The translations under genes and the position numbers were made by a program. From a virus: 64,000 bases of DNA. The notes under the pieces were generated by a model. The model did not search any database and had not been told where the DNA came from. It saw only the letters and a program-made list of their open reading frames with translations. This document shows positions 49,263 to 57,365 of this stretch, in pieces (within the stretch, counting starts at the first letter, position 1; the number at the start of each line of letters is the position of its first letter). The stretch covers positions 1 to 64,000 of IMG/VR virus record IMGVR_UViG_3300029319_007985; one strand, given 5' to 3'.

Positions 49263-49888
49263 TGCAAGTTGATTACATAGACAAAATGGGCAGTGATCTC
49301 ACCGTGGTGAACGCCGCCAGAGTCAGTTACGCAAAAACAAAAGAACTAATGGACGCCAAGGATGAGAAACTTATCAAGTTTCTGGCAGAACACAACCATT
49401 GGTCACCTTTTGGACATGCATCTATACAGTTTCGTATCAAGGCACCAATTTTTGTTGCAAGACAACTTGTTAAACACCAAGTGGGATTGGTTTGGAACGA
49501 AGTTTCAAGAAGATACGTTGATTATCAACCTGAACTGTATGAACCAAAGCAATGGAGAGGTAGGCCCAAAAATAGTAAACAAGGATCGGACGGTGAAATT
49601 GAACTTGATAAAAACGAACAGTTTAGATTGAAAAACACCATGGAGCAGTGTTTGATCATATACAATTCACTTATAGAAATGAACGTGGCACCAGAGCAGG
49701 CAAGGATGGTTCTCCCTCAAAGTATGATGACCGAATGGTATTGGTCCGGCACTCTGTATGCATTTGCTAGAGTTTGTCAACTTAGATGTGCCAAAGATAC
49801 ACAGGAAGAAACAAGAGAGATTGCTGACCAAATCAGTGAACTCTGCGCCGAACACTTTCCTATTAGTTGGAAATATTTAAAAAAATGA
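49262..49888 (+). CDS. thyX: FAD-dependent thymidylate synthase
   Basis: VNAARVS, HWSPFGH, ARQLVKH, NEVSRRY, EQARMVLP. Confidence 0.96.
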   Translation: MQVDYIDKMGSDLTVVNAARVSYAKTKELMDAKDEKLIKFLAEHNHWSPFGHASIQFRIKAPIFVARQLVKHQVGLVWNEVSRRYVDYQPELYEPKQWRGRPKNSKQGSDGEIELDKNEQFRLKNTMEQCLIIYNSLIEMNVAPEQARMVLPQSMMTEWYWSGTLYAFARVCQLRCAKDTQEETREIADQISELCAEHFPISWKYLKK

Positions 49889-51438
49889 AAAAGAGAATAG
49901 CCTTACTGATCGCTCCTCGTATTCAAGACGATTTTGGTTACACGCCTGCAGGTGCATCATTGGTCAAGGCCGCCATAGTTAAAGCCGGTCATGAATGTAA
50001 AATTTTTGATTTTAATGCAGAACTAGAAAAAAGTTTTATGAACAAAAGGGAAGAACTGGTCCCAATAGACAACTGGTTCCTTAATCACAATTTTTATTCT
50101 GAAAAAGTTTATACTAAAATTATTGGCTTGGCACAAAAATGGATAGATGAAGTTTTTGAATATGACCCAACAGACGTTGGCATATCAGTCTTTTCATACA
50201 ATTCACAAAGGGCAACTATTCTGTTGTCGACTATGATCAAATCGAGAAAACCAGATATACCATTGTTTATGGGAGGCGCTGGCCTAAACACTGATAATAA
50301 TTTTGGGCCATATTGTTTGGAGCAAGGCATAATGGACTGTTGGATTCGGGGTGAAGGAGAACTATCTGTGCCTGCTTACCTTAATGGGGATATGTCCCAT
50401 CCTGGCCTTAATGGCATCCCACCAAAACAGATAGATAACATTGATGACCTTGAATTTCCTGACTACAGTGACTATGAACTAGCATCTTATACAAATAAAA
50501 AAGGACTTGTCGCTTTACCTATAACAGGATCCAGAGGGTGTGTAAGGGCCTGTACTTTTTGTGATATTGCCAGCATGTGGCCGAAATATAAATTTAGGTC
50601 GGGACATAGTATTGCTGAGGAGATAAAAACGCAAGTATCAAGATATGGAGCAAAAGCATTTAGATTTACAGATAGTTTGATAAACGGATCAATGAAAGCA
50701 TTCCGAGACATGACATATGAATTATCGGAGTATCGTATGAAACTTAAACCTGAGGATAGGTTCATTTGGGATAGTCATTTTATCGTTAGATCTAAAAAAC
50801 AGATGCCTCCAGAAGATTTTGAAAAAATGGCGCAGAGTGGTGCAGGCACTATGCTTATTGGAGTCGAGTCCGGATCACCAAAAGTGCGTGACCACATGAA
50901 AAAAGGATACAGTGATGAGGACCTACACTATAGTCTCAGCCAACTTTTCAAGAACAAGATCAAAGTTAGATTCTTAATGATCATTGGATATCCAGTAGAG
51001 ACCGAAGAAGATTTCAAATTGACTCTTGATTTTTTTGACCGATACGCACACTATGGAAAAAAAGGTTTAGTGGAAGAAATAAATTTAGGCCTTACTTTAA
51101 ATTTACTGCCAAACACTCCGTTGTATGACAATGCCGAGACACATGGCCTAGAGACAACTAAGAACCATATCAATGACTGGATATGTTTACAAAATCCTAC
51201 CCTTGATTTCAAAGAAAGATTAAAAAGAAGAATAATTGCCCAACATCATGTAGAAAAGTTAGGATACAAAGTTTTTGAGTCAAAAAATTATTTGCGGGCA
51301 CTTGCGATAGCATGGAATGAAGTAAGCAATATAAAAAACAAAAATATAACAAAGTTTGATGCCAGTAAGGTCAAGTTTGACAGAGAAAAAGGCATACTGG
51401 AAGAACAAAAGGATTTTGATCCATTGAGGACTTACTAA
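49885..51438 (+). CDS. B12-binding-domain radical SAM protein
   Basis: N-terminal B12-binding region (GISVFS, MGG, GEGE), SRGCVRACTFC, GVESGS, IIGYPVET. Confidence 0.88.
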   Translation: MKKRIALLIAPRIQDDFGYTPAGASLVKAAIVKAGHECKIFDFNAELEKSFMNKREELVPIDNWFLNHNFYSEKVYTKIIGLAQKWIDEVFEYDPTDVGISVFSYNSQRATILLSTMIKSRKPDIPLFMGGAGLNTDNNFGPYCLEQGIMDCWIRGEGELSVPAYLNGDMSHPGLNGIPPKQIDNIDDLEFPDYSDYELASYTNKKGLVALPITGSRGCVRACTFCDIASMWPKYKFRSGHSIAEEIKTQVSRYGAKAFRFTDSLINGSMKAFRDMTYELSEYRMKLKPEDRFIWDSHFIVRSKKQMPPEDFEKMAQSGAGTMLIGVESGSPKVRDHMKKGYSDEDLHYSLSQLFKNKIKVRFLMIIGYPVETEEDFKLTLDFFDRYAHYGKKGLVEEINLGLTLNLLPNTPLYDNAETHGLETTKNHINDWICLQNPTLDFKERLKRRIIAQHHVEKLGYKVFESKNYLRALAIAWNEVSNIKNKNITKFDASKVKFDREKGILEEQKDFDPLRTY

Positions 51439-52022
51439 TGCAAATAAAGATTATAATAGAACCTAAGTTCAGTAAAAAGTGGCCTAACCTTAAGATAAAA
51501 GTAAACAGCAAAACAATGTTCGATGATGTTTGTATGCCAAACAAAGAAAAGTATTTTGTCTATGACACTTCGCTGGAGAATATGAATGAGTTAAATCATT
51601 TGGAAATTATTCATCATGGCAAAAGCGGAGATGATACTGTTGTTGACAAAGAAGGAAACGTTATTGATGACAGAGCAATAATTTTGAAATCTATCGAGTT
51701 CGACAACTATGCTGTTCCTGAAGTGCTGTTGTATGAAAATAAATTTTTTCCGGATTGGCCTGACCAGCCTGAATACATTAAAAACAATTTGTATTTTGGT
51801 TTCAATGGCACTTATAGACTAGAGTTTATAAACGATGCAAAGAAGATGTATTTTAACAACCTCTTGGAGAAAGAGAGTCTGGCAAACATTAACAACAAAA
51901 AAATAGTGCAACTTCCATCCGGTAAGGAAATAGAGAGTTTTGAGTTCAATGGTGAACTTGTTGACAGTGAAAAGAAAGACAACGTGACAATCGATGACCT
52001 TTATAAGGCGGTGACAAAATGA
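51438..52022 (+). CDS. Hypothetical protein (paralog of the next gene)
   Basis: LKSIEFD..LY...FFP..GFNGTY.L. Confidence 0.6.
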   Translation: MQIKIIIEPKFSKKWPNLKIKVNSKTMFDDVCMPNKEKYFVYDTSLENMNELNHLEIIHHGKSGDDTVVDKEGNVIDDRAIILKSIEFDNYAVPEVLLYENKFFPDWPDQPEYIKNNLYFGFNGTYRLEFINDAKKMYFNNLLEKESLANINNKKIVQLPSGKEIESFEFNGELVDSEKKDNVTIDDLYKAVTK

Positions 52023-52435
52023 AGGTTAAAATAAATTTCCATTCCAAATACAATAAAACCAAACCCAAAATACGTGTATCAACAACAAATACTTCTGTTG
52101 ATACGCACATACCAGGCACAATGGATTTTGAAAATGAATTTGATATACTAAAGGATGACAATCTCATGATCGAGTTCCTTAACAAAGATGGAGTCGACGA
52201 CAACATAGTTTTCATAAAAAGCATAGAAATAGACGGGATAAATTTACAACACTACATATATGACGGAACATTTTTTCCTGAGTATGACAAGGACTGGCTT
52301 GAGAAACAGACTGTGACTCCCCCTAATTTTTATAGGCCTTGCACGGAACTAAGACTAAAAGGAAAATGGGAACTAAAAATAACTACGCCAATATGGAAGA
52401 TGATAATGGAGAAATGGTTGCATGACAATAGATAA
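52019..52435 (+). CDS. Hypothetical protein (paralog of the previous gene)
   Basis: IKSIEID..IY...FFP..KGKW.L. Confidence 0.6.
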   Translation: MKVKINFHSKYNKTKPKIRVSTTNTSVDTHIPGTMDFENEFDILKDDNLMIEFLNKDGVDDNIVFIKSIEIDGINLQHYIYDGTFFPEYDKDWLEKQTVTPPNFYRPCTELRLKGKWELKITTPIWKMIMEKWLHDNR

Positions 52436-53141
52436 TTTACCACGATTGTTACAAGACGCAATCAAGTCCAATGAATACGACATCAATGTGATCACAAAAC
52501 ATCTAAAACTTCCATGGCTAAAATTAGATCTTGATTTTGGTCTGGACGAAAATGATCACGATCAACTGATGAGCCAAGAGGATTGGAGAACAAAATGGAA
52601 CTTTCCTAGTTTAGAAGACAACTCTTATCAGGTCAAAAACTGGAACGGAAAAATATTTTTTGGGCCAAGAGACTTCTCTAAATTTCTAGACCTGTCTAAA
52701 AGCCACCAACACGACCACGACGAGGATAGTAAGTGCAGACTTTTTAGGAAAAAAATGGAGTATGGTTGGGCAACTGAAAGTGTCATTAAACAAAAAATAC
52801 AAAAGTTGATACCTGACGAAGATCTTAATTTGGTGAATTCTTACGTGCTTCCTCCTGGCGGCTATATCTTTCCACATAGAGATTACGCAATAGATGGGTT
52901 TGGATTGGCAAAAATATATGTTGCTGTACAATGGAAAAAAGGAAATATTTTTGGAATGTATGGCTGTGGCGATATACCAATCAAACAGGGTGATGTCCTA
53001 TTGGTAAACAATTACACTTTGCCTCATTGGGTCTACAATGGAAGCGATGAAAACAGGATAGTCCTCGATGTGTCTGCAAATTTGCAATCACCTAATATAA
53101 AAGACAGCATCATAGATGCCTTCAAAAAACATTTTCGGTAG
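52422..53141 (+). CDS. Aspartyl/asparaginyl beta-hydroxylase-like 2OG-Fe(II) oxygenase
   Basis: LPPGGYIFPHRD, PHWVYNGSDENRI. Confidence 0.75.
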   Translation: MTIDNLPRLLQDAIKSNEYDINVITKHLKLPWLKLDLDFGLDENDHDQLMSQEDWRTKWNFPSLEDNSYQVKNWNGKIFFGPRDFSKFLDLSKSHQHDHDEDSKCRLFRKKMEYGWATESVIKQKIQKLIPDEDLNLVNSYVLPPGGYIFPHRDYAIDGFGLAKIYVAVQWKKGNIFGMYGCGDIPIKQGDVLLVNNYTLPHWVYNGSDENRIVLDVSANLQSPNIKDSIIDAFKKHFR

Positions 53142-53182
53142 TCACAAAAAAATAATATTTCTGTAACATTGTTGTAACATTT
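53139..53182 (+). promoter_or_regulatory. Pho box (PhoB-binding 11-bp repeats)
   Basis: TAGTCAC(53139), CTGTAAC(53161), TTGTAAC(53172) in 11-bp register upstream of pstS. Confidence 0.7.
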
Positions 53183-53241
53183 GTGTGTTTAAATATTACT
53201 GTTTTATAACCAATGAAAACATTAAAACAAAAGGACAATAA

Positions 53242-54195
53242 ATGAAACACATAACACAAATCCTTTGTGCAGTGTTTTTATTCTCAACCACAGTATCGGC
53301 AAAAACTCCAGCAATCAAAATTGTAGGTAGTTCAACTGTCTATCCTTTCACCACAGTAGTGGCAGAAAGATTTGGACAGGAGACAAAATATCCTACACCG
53401 GTTGTTGAGTCTACAGGTACAGGTGGCGGAATGAAACTATTCTGTGCAGGGGTAAACACAAACACTCCTTCTGTGACCAATGCCTCCAGAGCAATTAAAA
53501 GCAAAGAGAAAGCATTGTGTGAAAAGAACGGAGTATCATGGATTGAGATCGCAGTGGGCAATGACGGTATTGCTTTTGCCAATTCAAACGACGGACCAAA
53601 GATAAACATCACAAAGAAGCAGTTATGGGAAGCCATGGGTGCTCTTGGATCACATCCTAAGAAATGGTCAGACATAGACGCAAGTCTACCAGACCAAGAA
53701 ATCAAAGTGATGGTACCACCTCCAACATCAGGAACCAGAGATGCATGGAACAGTCTTGTAATGAAAAAAGGATGTCCTAAAGACATACTTGAAGCACAAG
53801 GCAAAAAGAAATGCTATCTTTTGAGAGAAGATGGAGCAATGGTTGAAGCAGGAGAAAATGACACTTTGTTAATACAAAAACTTGTGGCAGATCCTAAATA
53901 TTTTGCAATATTTGGATTCAGTTATCTAGACAATGCAAGAGACAAAGTAAAAGCGGCAACAATTGAAGATGCAGAAATAAGTCTTGATTCTATTCAGGAC
54001 TATTCTTATCCGGTGGCTAGACCTTTATTCATATACATCAAAAAAGAACACATAGGTACTGTTCCAGGACTGAACAAGTTCGTTAAGATGTATGTCAGTA
54101 AAAAGACCATGGGTCCAAAAGGTTACTTGATTGACAGAGGACTAGTGCCTTTGGACAAAGCAACCTACAAGGAAATGGTAAGCAGAACCAAATAG
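53242..54195 (+). CDS. pstS: Phosphate ABC transporter substrate-binding protein
   Basis: GSSTVYPF, ESTGTGGGMKLFC, NASR, PPPTSGTRD, YPVARPLF.Y. Confidence 0.95.
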   Translation: MKHITQILCAVFLFSTTVSAKTPAIKIVGSSTVYPFTTVVAERFGQETKYPTPVVESTGTGGGMKLFCAGVNTNTPSVTNASRAIKSKEKALCEKNGVSWIEIAVGNDGIAFANSNDGPKINITKKQLWEAMGALGSHPKKWSDIDASLPDQEIKVMVPPPTSGTRDAWNSLVMKKGCPKDILEAQGKKKCYLLREDGAMVEAGENDTLLIQKLVADPKYFAIFGFSYLDNARDKVKAATIEDAEISLDSIQDYSYPVARPLFIYIKKEHIGTVPGLNKFVKMYVSKKTMGPKGYLIDRGLVPLDKATYKEMVSRTK

Positions 54196-54231
54196 ATAGA
54201 CATTGTTCGCAATACCCAATAAAATACTTTT

Positions 54232-55041
54232 ATGAAAAGATTGGGTATTGTTGGACATGGCTTTGTGGGATCTGCTATCAATCAAGGCTTTACCAAAAAC
54301 ATACAGAAATACATTGTTGATCCAAACAAGTTCAGTGGCAACACAATTCAACAACTTATAAAATTCAAACCCGACGCAGTGTTTGTTGCGGTTCCAACTC
54401 CACAACTTGAAACAGGAGAGTGTAACACAGAAATATTGGATTCAGTGTTGCAAGAACTGAATCAGGCAAAGGCCCTTTTAGTCATCATCAAGTCCACAGT
54501 GCCCGCATATAAACTACAAGCGATCAAAGAACAGTGTATAAATTTGAGAATAGTGTACAATCCAGAATTCCTAACTGAAAAGAATTATCTCCAGGATTTT
54601 AAAAGTCCTCCCATGCATGTTTTTGGAGGAGCAATCACAGACACAGAACAAGTTGAGGCGCTGTACAAGGAGTACAGCAGTTGTAAAAAGTGTCCTGTTT
54701 TCCATACAGACATCGTGTCAGCGTCTATGGTCAAGTACTGCATTAACAGTTTCCTTGCCACGAAGGTCACGTTCATGAACGAGATGTATGACGTGCTGAA
54801 AGCGGCCAAAGGAACTGATTGGAGTGAGTTTGTCAAAATAATCAACAGCGACCCAAGGATAGGCAAGACACATATGAGGGTTCCAGGCAATGACGGAGTC
54901 AGAGGTTACGCCGGGTCATGCTTTCCCAAGGACACTGCCGCACTGGCCTATTTTGCCAGAGAGATACTGAACACGCCATTTACACAACTAGAAACTAGTA
55001 TTGAAATCAACGACAAGTTAAGGAAAAAGAACCAGTCCTAA
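54232..55041 (+). CDS. UDP-glucose/GDP-mannose 6-dehydrogenase family protein (short phage form)
   Basis: GHGFVG, VPTP, IKSTVP, NPEFL, KY..N.FLA.K, GYAGSCFPKD. Confidence 0.88.
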   Translation: MKRLGIVGHGFVGSAINQGFTKNIQKYIVDPNKFSGNTIQQLIKFKPDAVFVAVPTPQLETGECNTEILDSVLQELNQAKALLVIIKSTVPAYKLQAIKEQCINLRIVYNPEFLTEKNYLQDFKSPPMHVFGGAITDTEQVEALYKEYSSCKKCPVFHTDIVSASMVKYCINSFLATKVTFMNEMYDVLKAAKGTDWSEFVKIINSDPRIGKTHMRVPGNDGVRGYAGSCFPKDTAALAYFAREILNTPFTQLETSIEINDKLRKKNQS

Positions 55042-55057
55042 ACGATTAAATAGTGTT

Positions 55058-56239
55058 ATGAAACCGTGGTTTATAGACGAAGCAGAAATAATCAAATTTC
55101 CTACGAAAAAAAGCAATGTGGTCACAATGCCCAATGTTAACAGTTATCCAGACTTTATCACAGGTGTGCGTGATCTACAGGCCAAACTCAAAGACAAAAC
55201 CATATCAACAGACAGTTACAACAAACTATACACTGACCTAATAAACAGATTTAGACTGCAAAGGGAGTCTGCGGACAAACCATGGTTCTTAAAAGAATTA
55301 GACGACCGTGGCATTATGAGTGTTATCAAAGCAAGACTAAAAGATCCAAATATCGACACTGAAACTTTACAAAAAGTGTTATTTGCTCTTGAAGGTGGTG
55401 GCCTAACAAAAAGATTACAAAATGTTTTAGAAAACGACCCAGATGCAAAAAGGATACTAGAAAAAGTTACAGAAACAATTTTACAGGCCAAAGGAACCAC
55501 AGAAGAAATTGATCAATTTATAAAACAATATCCACAAGGAATGGTTAAAATTGATGCATTAACATCACCAGGTGCTAAAAGTTGGGGAGACATATTTGTT
55601 GGATATGATGGCCAAAATTTTATGAGTAGAGTGGTAGAAAGATTGTATGGACTAAAAAATCAAGGAATAGGTCCAGGTGAAGTATGCCTTTCTGTATTGA
55701 GTCCACAAATATTCCATAGTGGATCAAAACCAGGAGCGGGAGATATCTTTGTTGAGGGCCAAGGTCATTTTGAAATAAAAGCCAGTGTGGCTAAACCAGG
55801 TAGACTATTTGATGGAAGAAAAGCAAAGGTTGACATGAACACAATACAGAATGTAAGAGATCAACTGAAGATTGATAAGCCTAGAGTCAACTTGAAAGAC
55901 CTTATAGCGGCCAATCCAAATCAACAACAAGTGGCTTCATTGACAAAAGCAATATTTAGACATGTTGATAACATCACACCATTTGTAAATGCAATTATGA
56001 AAAAGGACGAGGGTGCCGCAAAACTAGAACACACAAAACTGGCATACCAAAATTATCAAAATATGACAGCGCAAGGTGATGACACCTTTGTTGGAATAAT
56101 TTTCATGAGTGGTGCTAAAAAATGGTCAAATGTCGTGACAAATATTGACCAGTTGATACAGAACGTTGCAGTTGGCACGGTGTACGTTGCATCACCAGAC
56201 CAAGCAGATTTATTTCCACAGACCACCTACAAGTTTTAA
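55058..56239 (+). CDS. Hypothetical late protein with a possible PD-(D/E)XK motif
   Basis: GIGPGE, GDI...FEIKA; TAAATA-N5-ATG. Confidence 0.55.
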   Translation: MKPWFIDEAEIIKFPTKKSNVVTMPNVNSYPDFITGVRDLQAKLKDKTISTDSYNKLYTDLINRFRLQRESADKPWFLKELDDRGIMSVIKARLKDPNIDTETLQKVLFALEGGGLTKRLQNVLENDPDAKRILEKVTETILQAKGTTEEIDQFIKQYPQGMVKIDALTSPGAKSWGDIFVGYDGQNFMSRVVERLYGLKNQGIGPGEVCLSVLSPQIFHSGSKPGAGDIFVEGQGHFEIKASVAKPGRLFDGRKAKVDMNTIQNVRDQLKIDKPRVNLKDLIAANPNQQQVASLTKAIFRHVDNITPFVNAIMKKDEGAAKLEHTKLAYQNYQNMTAQGDDTFVGIIFMSGAKKWSNVVTNIDQLIQNVAVGTVYVASPDQADLFPQTTYKF

Positions 56240-56267
56240 ACACCTATGACACCATAAGTAAAAGTGT

Positions 56268-56846
56268 ATGAGCACTTATCTAGATGGAAAACTTTTGGTT
56301 GCTCCTCCAAAAATGAAAGATTGGAGATTTGCCAGAAGTGTGGTTTATATCTTCAAACATGACGTCAGTGGTGCGGGCGGGATCATAGTAAATAAAAAAG
56401 TTAGTGTGCCCACCTTTGACACTGTTTGCAAAACAGGCCATATCAAAAAAGATCCAAGTGTAAACCCCACAATTTTTTATGGCGGCCCAGTTATGACCAA
56501 TCTGATTGGTTGCTTACACACCTTGGATTATAGAATAGGAACCACCAATGTCTCTACAAGCAATGTTGGATTTACTCTAGACAAGAGCATAATAGAAGAT
56601 ATCGCAGTCGGCAAAGGCCCCAAAAAGTTTTTGCTTACCATGGGAATCTCTAGTTGGGAAGCAGGACAACTGGAGTCTGAAATCGATGCGCTACCACCGA
56701 GACAAAAAACAGGTTCTTGGCTCTCAATCAATTACGACAAAGAAATAGTTTTTGGACCCAAACTACAGTCCCTTTGGTCAGATTGTGTTTTTAGGTGTGT
56801 TGAAAACACAACCAAAGACTTCACAGACAAAGTTTTTAAAAATTAA
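56268..56846 (+). CDS. YqgE/AlgH (DUF179) family protein
   Basis: GKLLVA.P...D..F.RSV, G.IVN, YGGPV, G.SSW.AGQLE.E. Confidence 0.88.
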   Translation: MSTYLDGKLLVAPPKMKDWRFARSVVYIFKHDVSGAGGIIVNKKVSVPTFDTVCKTGHIKKDPSVNPTIFYGGPVMTNLIGCLHTLDYRIGTTNVSTSNVGFTLDKSIIEDIAVGKGPKKFLLTMGISSWEAGQLESEIDALPPRQKTGSWLSINYDKEIVFGPKLQSLWSDCVFRCVENTTKDFTDKVFKN

Positions 56847-57250
56847 TTTACTGGACAGGTACTAATAAGTTTGTACCAAAGTTCATCATATTCCCAATTC
56901 AGTCCGTGAACTTCCAACATGTATTTTTTCTGTAGAGGATACACATCTTTTTCCCACTCTTGTACGCATTCACCTTTGAATCCGTTCTGGTCCTGCACAT
57001 AATGAAACAGTTCGTGGAACAACACACTTTTCTTCCATGGGTCATGGATATCAAAATCGTCCCTGATATAGATGATATCTTTTTTTGTGCTGTAAAAACC
57101 TTTTAGATTTCCACCACCGGTCGTGGTTTCTCCGTATATTTCTTCCAACTGTGCCTGCGGTAACATGATCACTTGAGGGTGTGGAAGGTCAACGTTGTAG
57201 TTTGTATTTGCTCCAATCCAAAGGAGCATGAACGCAATCACTGACTTCAT
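56843..57250 (-). CDS. Secreted HExxH metallopeptidase-like protein
   Basis: SVLFHELFHYVQ ... E; hydrophobic N-terminus. Confidence 0.6.
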   Translation of the reverse strand: MKSVIAFMLLWIGANTNYNVDLPHPQVIMLPQAQLEEIYGETTTGGGNLKGFYSTKKDIIYIRDDFDIHDPWKKSVLFHELFHYVQDQNGFKGECVQEWEKDVYPLQKKYMLEVHGLNWEYDELWYKLISTCPVN

Positions 57251-57365
57251 AATATACGCATATTTAATCCGATAAGAACTTAGAATAAACACCTATATAA
57301 TAATAGTATATTATTAATTTAGTAAACTGCTCTGTAAATAATCATGAGCGAGGTTAACGTACTAA

